A DNA stretch of 64,000 nucleotides. Origin: Eledone cirrhosa. Its lineage: Eukaryota. The stretch lies in NCBI GenBank assembly GCA_964016885.1, contig OZ024752.1, positions 46,624,001 to 46,688,000 on the forward strand, written 5' to 3'. The stretch's first letter is position 1, and the number at the start of each line of letters is the position of its first letter. Shown in pieces: positions 1 to 11,345 of this stretch. Position numbers and translations under genes: made by a program. The notes beneath the pieces are model-generated. The model saw only the letters and a program-made list of their open reading frames with translations. It searched no databases and was not told the DNA's origin.

Positions 1-33
<33 letters not shown>

Positions 34-375
34 ATGTGAATATGTGTGTGTATGTGTATATATGTGTGTATGTCTGTGTATATATATATATATATGTAGG
101 TGCCTGTGTGAATATATGTGTGTATATATAGCGTATTTGTGTATATATGTATGCGTGTGTGTATATATATATATCTGTGTGTATATATATGTGTGTGTGT
201 GTATGTGTATGTGTATATATGTATCCGTCTGTGTGAATATATACGTGTGTATATATGTATGTATGTATGTGTGCGTGAATATACGTGTGTATATATATAT
301 AAAAAAAAAATAATGAAAATTGTGTAGTGTTCAGGTGCGCTACGTACGTGCGTGCGTGAATATATGTGTGTGTAT

Positions 376-418
<43 letters not shown>

Positions 419-423
419 AATAA

Positions 424-459
<36 letters not shown>

Positions 460-531
460 ATACACAAGGTGTTCCAAAATGTATACACACTTTGATTACC
501 TGTACAGGCAATATTTATTAGAATGCTGTTA

Positions 532-601
<70 letters not shown>

Positions 602-620
602 GTGTATGTATGTATATGTA
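1..620. repeat. compound (TG)n/(TA)n microsatellite
   Basis: Direct reading; source of the spurious CVYI ORFs. Confidence 0.95.
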
Positions 621-720
621 TGTATGGTTGCGGGAACGAGTGCTCAATACCATAGCAGAGATTAATATGTGATTATTAATCTCTGCTATGGTATTGAGTA
701 CTCGTTCCCGCAACCATACA
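621..720. repeat. 47-bp-arm fold-back palindrome between microsatellites
   Basis: 621-667 is the reverse complement of 674-720 (1 mismatch), 6-nt loop; contains the GTRCTCAATAC..TAGCAGAG motif also seen at 9087 and 32737. Confidence 0.9.
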
Positions 721-866
721 TATACATACACATTATACATATATATACATACACATTATATTTATATATATATATATACATACATACACATTCAACCCTT
801 GTAATTTTAGACACACGGTTTACTGTGTTTCTTACTATATATTATATATATATATATACATACATA

Positions 867-917
<51 letters not shown>

Positions 918-1011
918 AACAGCATAAATATTGCCTGTACAGGTAATCAAGGTGTGTATACACACACACATTATTAAGGTCGAGCCAGTGTCTTGTTAGC
1001 CAGGAGTTTGT

Positions 1012-1065
<54 letters not shown>

Positions 1066-1157
1066 GTGTTAAACAATATTCAATGATTATGTCAAAGAAT
1101 GAGTTTTACAGTAGATTGGAAGCACTCAACCGAAAAAATAATTTTCAGGAGTTATTA

Positions 1158-1409
1158 ATATTAAAATATAAGTATTAATAGAATAGCTCTTCTTTTGATC
1201 AATTACATTTTATTATACATATTTCGGGTGTACAACAGTACGTTCTCATCAGACAAAATCTTGATTAAATCTTAACCATTTAACATCTCAGGGTATGTCA
1301 TGTATCATTATATTTTGTCTGATGAGGACGTACTGTTGTACACCCGAAATATGTATAATAAAATGTAATTGATCAAAAGAACATCTATTCTATTAATACT
1401 TATATTTTA

Positions 1410-1413
<4 letters not shown>
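1158..1413. mobile_element. fold-back element (~100-bp arms), probable Penelope-like retroelement end
   Basis: 1158-1259 inverted against 1312-1413; ends in (TA)n; each arm carries a hammerhead core. Confidence 0.7.
1312..1364 (+). ncRNA. type I minimal hammerhead ribozyme motif
   Basis: ATTTTGT-CTGATGA-ggacgtac tgtt gtacaccc-GAAA-tatgtaT-A-ATAAAAT; stem I extends to ~12 bp; loopless near-palindromic stem III; stem II has 2 mismatches; inverted copy at 1207-1259 (-). Confidence 0.7.
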
Positions 1414-1462
<49 letters not shown>

Positions 1463-1554
1463 ATTTTATTAGGCTTGTGCCTACAGTAGAAATCCTTATT
1501 TCGACAGATCCAGTCATAATTATACATGATATATGGGAATCTATACACATGTAT

Positions 1555-1587
<33 letters not shown>

Positions 1588-1804
1588 CATATACACTCAC
1601 TATAAACATGTACTCTGTGTGAGAGAGAGAGGGGGGGGTTGTGTGGTGGGTAAAAATGGGTCCAGTCATAATTCGATTTGGTTGCTGTGAGTAATCGAAC
1701 GGTAATCGAATCTGTGCTGTTATATACTGTGATAGAAAACAAAACATTTATCTACGGAGTGGAGTGTAATTGTGACAGGGATAGAGAGGGGGGGGGGGGG
1801 TAAT

Positions 1805-2410
1805 GATGTGGTGGTGGTGGTATTGTTGGTGGTGGTGGTGGTGGTACTGGTGGTGGTGGTGGTGTTGATGGTATTGTTGTTGTTGGTGATGGTGGTACTG
1901 GTGGTGGTGGTGGTGGTGGTGTTGATGGTATTGTTGTTGTTGGTGATGGTGGTACTGGTGGTGGTGGTGTTGATGGTATTGTTGTTGTTGTTGGTGGTGT
2001 TGGTAGTGGTGGTGGTGGTGGTGGTGTTGATGGTATTGTTGTTGTTGTTGGTGGTGTTGGTACTGGTGGTGGTGGTGGTGGTGTTGATGGTATTGTTGTT
2101 GTTGTTGGTGGTGGTGGTACTGGTGGTGGTGGTGGTGGTGTTGATGGTATTGTTGGTGATGGTGGTACTGGTGGTGGTGGTGGTGTTGATGGTATTGTTG
2201 TTGTTGTTGGTGGTACTGGTGGTGGTGGTGGTTATGGTGGTGGTGGTACTGGTGATGGTGGTGGTAGTAGTGGTGATGGTGATGGTGGTGGTGGTGGTTT
2301 TGAGTCATGAGAGTGATGCTGATAGCAACACCGCCGCCGCCACCACCACTACCACCACCACTACCACCACCACTACCACTGCCACCAATAGTAACAACAA
2401 CAACAACCAT
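1805..2410. repeat. (GGT/GTT/GAT)n then (CAC)n trinucleotide tract
   Basis: Direct reading. Confidence 0.9.
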
Positions 2411-2801
2411 AATCTCTTAAAAGCTTTTCAAATATATTTGACAATAAACTACAATGTTTTAAAAATAAACTTAGTTGTTCTTTTTAATGTTTTTGTTTCC
2501 TTCTCAGACAACAATATCTTCTAAAAGAACATTGGAATATAATGAAACTCTTCCAAGTCCTTCATTGTTACTTCAAAATTCCAAACACATTCAGCTGTCA
2601 GACTTACTTTCCACTATATAAAATGTCTACCCACTTGACACCAAGTCAATATTTTGGTTGTCAATATTAAATCAAACACTGACTCCAGTGACATTTTCAG
2701 AAGAACATAGACAAAAAAATAATGTTGCCTTGTTTTTTTTTTTATTGTCACGGATTAGGTTCAAAAACTTACATAAGTCTGTTTGTTTGTTTGTTTGTTT
2801 C

Positions 2802-3945
2802 ACCTCTCCTGATATAAGACTGATCTTATTACTGTTTGTTTCACTTAAGATATGACCTCTCCTGATATAAGACTGATCTTATTACTGTTTGTTTCACTTA
2901 AGATATGACCTCTCCTGATATAAGACTGATCTTATTACTGTTTGTTTCACACAAGATATGACCTCTCCTGATATAAGACTGATCTTATTACTGTTTGTTT
3001 CACTTAAGATATGACCTCTCCTGGTATAAGACAGATCTTATTACTGTTTGTTTCACTTAAGATATGACCTCTCCTGATATAAGACTGATCTTATTACTGT
3101 TTGTTTCACTTAAGATATGACCTCTCCTGATATAAGACTGATCTTATTACTGTTTGTTTCACTTAAGATAGGACCTCTCCTGATATAAGACTGATCTTAT
3201 TACTGTTTGTTTCACTTAAGATAGGACCTCTCCTGATATAAGACTGATCTTATTACTGTTTGTTTCACACAAGATATGACCTCTCCTGATATAAGACTGA
3301 TCTTATTACTGTTTGTTTCACACAAGATATGACCTCTCCTGATATAAGACTGATCTTATTACTGTTTGTTTCACTTAAGATATGACCTCTCCTGATATAA
3401 GACTGATCTTATTACTGTTTGTTTCACACAAGATATGACCTCTCCTGATATAAGACTGATCTTATTACTGTTTGTTTCACTTAAGATATGACCTCTCCTG
3501 ATATAAGACTGATCTTATTACTGTTTGTTTCACTTATATGACCTCTCCTGATATAAGACTGATCTTATTACTGTTTTTCACTTAAGATATGACCTCTCCT
3601 GATATAAGACTGATCTTATTACTGTTTGTTTCACTTAAGATATGACCTCTCCTGATATAAGACTGATCTTATTACTGTTTGTTTCACTTAAGATATGACC
3701 TCTCCTGGTATAAGACAGATCTTATTACTGTTTGTTTCACTTAAGATATGACCTCTCCTGATATAAGACTGATCTTATAACTGTTTGTTTCACACAAGAT
3801 ATGACCTCTCCTGATATAAGACTGATCTTATTACTGTTTATTTCACACAAGATATGACCTCTCCTGATATAAGACTGATCTTATTACTGTTTATTTCACA
3901 CAAGATATGACCTCTCCTGATATAAGACTGATCTTATAACTGTTT
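2802..3945. repeat. 53-bp minisatellite, ~21 copies
   Basis: Unit ACCTCTCCTGATATAAGACTGATCTTATTACTGTTTGTTTCACTTAAGATATG starts at 2802, 2855 etc.; internal ATAAGA/TCTTAT mini-hairpin. Confidence 0.95.
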
Positions 3946-4168
3946 AGAAAATATATTGTAACCCACTATTGTTACCAACTGTCTCACAGTGAATCTCCCT
4001 GAGAGCTATATTAAAAGTACACCACATGTCTGTGGAAATGGTTGACGACTCGGACATTAAATTTCACAAACAGTCTGTTTGGTCCATTGAGAGAATCGAC
4101 TAGGGTACTTATCGTTGTTGGAACCAACAGAGGCCAAATATCTGTGTGTGTATGTGGCTATGTTTATT

Positions 4169-4220
<52 letters not shown>

Positions 4221-4522
4221 GGTGAAGAATTTCCACCTATTCTTTATCCAAGACCATATAATACAATTGATGATAACAATAAAATTTATCTGATACAGTA
4301 ATGGGGGATGTTTGAAGTTACCATTCACATCAGCACCACCACCACCACCATCACCACCACCACCACCATCACCACCACTACTACACACCACCACCACTAC
4401 TACACACCACACACCACCACTACACACCACCACTACATACACCACCAGTCTTTCCTTTGAAACGGAAGTTTCTTATTTTCCAGCAGAGTTCCTGATAGTC
4501 TAAAATAATTGCCTACTATAAC

Positions 4523-4525
4523 ATG

Positions 4526-4584
<59 letters not shown>

Positions 4585-6178
4585 ATGTATTTATATATTT
4601 ATAGGCGCATATGTGTGTGTATATATATATATATATATGTGTATATATATATATGTGTATATATATATATGTATATATATGTATATATATATATATATTT
4701 ATGTTTATAGGTGTATATATGTATATATTTATATGTATATATATATATATATTTATATGTTTATATGTATATATATATTTATATGTTTATATGTATATAT
4801 ATGTTTATATGTATATATATGTTTATATGTATATATATATGTTTATATGTATATATATATGTTTATATGTATATATATGTTTATATGTATATATATATGT
4901 TTATATGTATATATATATTTATATGTATATATATATATATGTATATATTTATATGTATATATTTATATGTATATATATATTTATATGTTTATATGTATAT
5001 ATATATTTGTTTATATGTATATATATATTTAAATGTTTATATGTATATATATATATTTATGTTTATATATATATATATTTATATGTATATATATATTTAT
5101 ATGTATATATATATATTTATATGTATATATGTATATATATATTTATATGTATATATGTATATATATATATTTATATGTATATATATATATATTTATATGT
5201 ATATATATATATATTTATATGTATATATATATATTTATATGTATATATGTATATATATATTTATATGTATATATATATTTATATGTATATATGTATATAT
5301 ATGTATATATGTATATATATTTATATATATTTATATGTATATATGTATATTTATATATATTTATATGTATATTTATATATATTTATATGTATATTTATAT
5401 GTATATATGTATATTTATATATATTTATATGTATATTTATATATATTTATATGTATATATATATATATATTTATATGTATATATATATATATTTATATGT
5501 ATATATATATATTTATATGTATATATGTATATATATATTTATATGTATATATGTATATTTATATATATTTATATGTATATATATATATTTATATATATTT
5601 ATATGTATATATATATATTTATATGTATATATGTATATATATATATTTATATGTATATATGTATATTTATATATGTATATTTATATGTATATATATATAT
5701 ATATTTATATGTATATATATATATATATTTATATGTATATATGTATATATATATTTATATGTATATATATATTTATATGTATATATGTATATATATTTAT
5801 ATGTATATATGTATATATATTTATATGTATATATGTATATATATATTTATATGTATATATGTATATATGTATATATATTTATATGTATATATGTATATAT
5901 ATTTATATGTATATATGTATATATATTTATATGTATATATGTATATTTATATATATTTATATGTATATATGTATATTTATATATATTTATATGTATATAT
6001 GTATATATATATATATATTTATATGTATATATGTATATTTATATATATTTATATGTATATATGTATATATATATTTATATGTATATATGTATATATATAT
6101 ATATATTTATATGTATATATGTATATTTATATATATTTATATGTATATATGTGTGTATATGTATATATGTGTGTATGT
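4523..6178. repeat. long AT-rich compound microsatellite (TTTATATG(TA)n units)
   Basis: Direct reading. Confidence 0.95.
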
Positions 6179-6364
6179 GTTTCTATTTGGGCAAACGTCC
6201 AACTAGAAATCAATGATACATTTGGTCAGGTGCCGACATCAATAACTTCATAACTTCTCTTTCCCTTCACCATATATATTTGCACACATGTATATATACT
6301 CACATACAAACACCCATATACATATATATATAAATACATACACACACACACACACACCATATGT

Positions 6365-7560
6365 GTATGTCTAAAAAGTATCCAACCTTAGGCTGAGAAA
6401 AAGAAATTACATGTAATTATAGGATTCAACTTTTAATCCTATTTGAAGTAGGTCCATTATCCCTCCACAAACACTTAGTTGAGTGGTCCCTCCACATACA
6501 CATACAGTACCATGGTCCCTCCACATACATTTAGTCCATTGTCCCTCCACAAACACTTAGTTCAGTGGTCCCTCCACATACACATACAGTACCATGGTCC
6601 CTCCACATACATTTAGTCCATTGTCCCTCCACAAACACTTAGTTGAGTGGTCCCTCCACATACAGTACCGTTATCCCTCCACATACACTTAGTTCATTGG
6701 TCCCTCCACAAACACTTAGTTGAGTGGTCCCTCCACATACACATACAGTACCGTTATCCCTCCACATACATTTAGTCCATTGTCCCTCCACAAACACTTA
6801 GTTCAGTGGTCCCTCCACATACAGTACAGTGGTCCCTCCACAAACACTTAGTTGAGTGGTCCCTCCACATACACATACAGTACAGTGGTCCCTCCACACA
6901 TTTAGTCCATTGTCCCTCCACTTTTTGAAGCATGTTTGGAGCCTTCCTTCTCACATCTACATTTAACAGAACATCAAGTAGTCAGAGGGAGCCATGTCTA
7001 GAGTGCAACGTGTGGTGAATGAACAAAACACCTTTCTTTGCCAAACATCTCTGGATTAACTGTGTCAGGGCATTGTTATAATGAAGCTCCCAGGTTTCTG
7101 AGATCCACAGATCAACTGGGATCTTGTACTAAACTGTATCAAGAAGATATTGAGAAACTTCCTGACAGTACTCCTTTGTAAATGTTTGTCTTTCTCATGT
7201 GGGTTCCTGATGTTGTTGAAGAAGACAATGAGGATCACCTTCATTTTGCTCTGCACTTGACATGCTTTTTAGGGCTTTGGTGACATTGGAGGCTTCTACT
7301 GTGAGGTTGAGCTTTGGTTTCTGGGCCATAGCCATACTCCCAGATCTCAACTCCAGTTTTTTGTGGTTTTCAGGAACTCAGATAACTTGTTGGCAGTATT
7401 GGGTGAAATAAAAATATGATAAGTAAGTAGCACATACCTCCCATACTTGTTGCCTGACAGCAACTGACACATTCAGTGAGCTTGCTGAAAACCACACATA
7501 TACACACAAATATATGCAGCTCCCGCCTACACATTTTTCTCTCCTTAATGTCATTACATC
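6365..7560 (-). pseudogene. decayed mariner (DD34D-type) transposon
   Basis: Minus-strand remnants in the expected order: TGVEIWEYGYGPETKAQ (~7357-7305; cf. TGDETWVYGYDPETK), KMKVILIVFF, WELHYNNA (cf. LHHDNA), LDMAPSDY (~7000; cf. SPDLAPSD), TCFKKWR..WTKCVEG, TYFK*; frameshifted. Confidence 0.8.
6455..6920. repeat. GGTCCCTCCACA-core minisatellite inside the mariner C-terminus
   Basis: Repeated TCCCTCCACA core with short variable linkers. Confidence 0.9.
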
Positions 7561-7606
7561 CCATGAGAAAATAATAGTCAGATACTCATATATGATCTAT
7601 TTGTTT

Positions 7607-7697
7607 GCATATTAGCATATTACCCTGCATATTAGCATATTACCCTGCATATTAGCATATTACCCTGCATATTAGCATATTACCCTGCATATTAGCA
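7607..7697. repeat. 20-bp tandem repeat x4
   Basis: GCATATTAGCATATTACCCT. Confidence 0.9.
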
Positions 7698-7976
7698 TTT
7701 TTTTCATCTGCTTTTCGATGCTAACATAATACATACATATACATACATGCAAGTGTGGAAAAAGCAGACATATACAGATGATGATGATAGGTTTTATATA
7801 TTAATAAATGACATATATTTAAACATACATACATTTATTTCATCTTCTGTTCAGACAAATGTATATTTATATATATATACACACTCATTTCATCATCTGT
7901 TCAGTCAAATGTATATTTATATATATACAATTATATATATATATATATATTTCATCTTCTGTTCAGACTAATCTAC

Positions 7977-8022
<46 letters not shown>

Positions 8023-8350
8023 CCATTTCATCTTCTGTTCAGACAAATGTACATTTATCTTTTTCACTATGTTACAAATAGTTATGCATATATATACACA
8101 GACACTTGTATATATATATACATAATCAAATATATTTTTTTTACTCATATATACATCAGTATATGCACACTTGTTTCCACATATACATACAACGTATGTA
8201 TGCATGTCCACACACACACAAACAAATATATACACCCACAAAAACAATTTTGTTACATACATATTTGTACTCACACACACACACATATATATATATATAC
8301 ATACACATGTACACTCTTACTTGTCCAATATGCTTATAACAATATATACC

Positions 8351-8381
<31 letters not shown>

Positions 8382-8424
8382 TCGTTTCGGTTTTTCTACC
8401 AGCCGAAATGAGATTCTCGTTGAA

Positions 8425-8483
<59 letters not shown>

Positions 8484-8777
8484 TATACATACACATTACA
8501 TATATACACATATACATACACATATACATATATACACATATACATATATACACATATACATACACATATATACACACATACATATATACACATATACATA
8601 TATACACATATACATACACATATACATACACATATACATATATACACATATACACTTTGGTGTATATTATATATCATGCAAGAAACATGTGTTCACCCTA
8701 ATCTATATTCATGAACATGCATATATAGTTCTGTTGAAAAGATATATCATTTAACACAGCATATATGTAAAATATAT

Positions 8778-8807
<30 letters not shown>

Positions 8808-8808
<1 letters not shown>

Positions 8809-9015
8809 ACGAAGGAAATGTGGTAAGGAACCAGGTGGACCATAACGCACCAAAGTACTCAATACTTGAGGTAGTAGAGTGGGTAATAGGAACCAGTAAG
8901 ACCCCGACAGCTGAGCTCAAGCCGTTTCGACGGCTAATTCTGGACTAAATGAAAATTTATCCTGGTATTTAAATACCTTACTTACTGTGGTTACCTCCGA
9001 TTCAACCCGGAATCC
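8808..9015 (-). mobile_element. (TA)n-flanked repeat island, putative PLE 3' end
   Basis: 8810-8940 closely matches 23790-23920; ~8974-9013 is the reverse complement of 32700-32739. Confidence 0.6.
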
Positions 9016-9019
9016 CTTA

Positions 9020-9071
<52 letters not shown>

Positions 9072-9111
9072 TACTCAATACGTAAGGTACTCAATACATA
9101 GCAGAGTATAA

Positions 9112-9240
9112 AAGTTTTAATATAGATGAGATTCTACAGGACTCGAACTGTTTCATTCTTTAGAAATCATCAGGAATCCTGATGATTTCTAAAGAAAGAA
9201 ACAGTTCTAGTCCTGTAGAATCTCATCTATATTAAAACTT
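9112..9240. mobile_element. fold-back element with back-to-back hammerhead motifs
   Basis: Arms 9112-9175 / 9177-9240; second copy at 32762-32879. Confidence 0.8.
9130..9178 (-). ncRNA. type I hammerhead ribozyme motif
   Basis: GATTC-CTGATGA-tttc taaa gaat-GAAA-CAG ttcgagtc CTG-TA-GAATC (GUA triplet); + strand twin at 9174-9222 has a perfect TTTC/GAAA stem II. Confidence 0.75.
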
Positions 9241-9382
9241 ATATATATATATATAATATATATATATATATAATCTAAGAAATTGAAAGAGAAGCAGACC
9301 GTTAAAATATATTTATAAGGAGTTCTTACATGTTACGCCCAAGTTGGGCTCCTTGGAGGCTCAGAGGAGAGTAAAGGATTTA

Positions 9383-10740
9383 ATTAGGAACCCTGAAAGT
9401 GTATATATATATATATTAGGAGCACTGAAAGTGTATATATATATATATATTAGGAACCCTGAAAGTGTATATATATATATATTAGGAGCCCTGAAAGTGT
9501 ATATATATATTAGGAGCACTGAAAGTGTATATATATATATTAGGAACCTTGAAAGTGTATATATATATATTAGGAGCACTGAAAGTGTATATATATATAT
9601 ATTAGGAGCCCTGAAAGTGTATATATATATATTAGGAGCACTGAAAGTGTATATATATATATTAGGAGCACTGAAAGTGTATATATATATATATTAGGAA
9701 CCCTGAAAGTGTATATATATATATTAGGAGCACTGAAAGTGTATATATATATATATATATATTAGGAGCTCTGAAAGTGTATATATATATATATTAGGAA
9801 CCCTGAAAGTGTATATATATATATATTAGGAACCCTGAAAGTGTATATATATATATATATTAGGAGCACTGAAAGTGTATATATATATTAGGAGCCCTGA
9901 AAGTGTATATATATATATTAGGAGCCCTGAAAGTGTATATATATATTAGGAGCACTGAAAGTGTATATATATATATTAGGAACCCTGAAAGTGTATATAT
10001 ATATATTAGGAACCCTGAAAGTGTATATATATATATATATTAGGAGCCCTGAAAGTGTATATATATATATTAGGAGCCCTGAAAGTGTATATATATATAT
10101 TAGGAGCCCTGAAAGTGTATATATATATATATTAGGAGCCCTGAAAGTGTATATATATATATATATTAGGAGCCCTGAAAGTGTATATATATATATATAT
10201 TAGGAGCCCTGAAAGTGTATATATATATATTAGGAGCCCTGAAAGTGTATATATATATATTAGGAGCCCTGAAAGTGTATATATATATATATATATTAGG
10301 AGCTCTGAAAGTGTATATATATATATATATATTAGGAACCCTGAAAGTGTATATATATATATATTAGGAGCCCTGAAAGTGTATATATATATATATATTA
10401 GGAACCCTGAAAGTGTATATATATATATATATTAGGAACCCTGAAAGTGTATATATATATATATATTAGGAGCCCTGAAAGTGTATATATATATATATTA
10501 GGAGCTCTGAAAGTGTATATATATATTAGGAGCTCTGAAAGTGTATATATATATATTAGGAACCCTGAAAGTGTATATATATATATATTAGGAGCCCTGA
10601 AAGTGTATATATATATATTAGGAACCCTGAAAGTGTATATATATATATATATTAGGAGCCCTGAAAGTGTATATATATATATATATTAGGAGCCCTGAAA
10701 GTGTATATATATATTAGGAACCCTGAAAGTGTATATATAT
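9383..10740. repeat. hybrid array of TTAGGARCHCTGAAAGTG + (TA)n, ~40 units
   Basis: Conserved ~18-bp core separated by (TA) runs of variable length. Confidence 0.95.
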
Positions 10741-10853
10741 AACCCATGTTAGTGTTTGTATTAAAATATATGTATATATATTTACATAATATATATATAT
10801 ATATATATATATATGTATCATCATCTTCTGCCCATTTTCTACACTAGCATGAG

Positions 10854-10916
<63 letters not shown>

Positions 10917-11038
10917 CTGCTCTGTAAAACAACTGATGTTCATACATTGAGCTATTTCTCTTACTGGCAATAAGGTAATAGGAAATTATTGACCTTCATG
11001 TTTATAGTTGTTTATACTATATACATAACTATAAATAG

Positions 11039-11092
<54 letters not shown>

Positions 11093-11345
11093 ATATGTGT
11101 GTGTATATATGTATATTTTTGAATATGCATCCACTCCATCATATAAATGTATTTGTCAATAACATTACTTTGATATAAACTAATATTGAAAAAATATTGG
11201 TTTATATGAGGTTAACATACTTCATATTAAATATTTTTCCTCACAAACTAACCTCCTCCATTTCTTTGTAGTTTTTATGGTGTATTAAATTCTTCAAACA
11301 TCAACATGATAGTATTACTAATGGTTTAATGGAAGAAGCATCGCC

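Noticed and set aside
1748-2410. His/Gln-rich protein ORF
   Set aside because: Pure trinucleotide repeat open in several frames; no signal peptide or clear splice context
4523-6253. 400-530 aa YI-rich ORFs
   Set aside because: Translations of TA microsatellite
9383-10740. CRISPR array
   Set aside because: Spacers are only (TA)n; eukaryotic context; no cas genes
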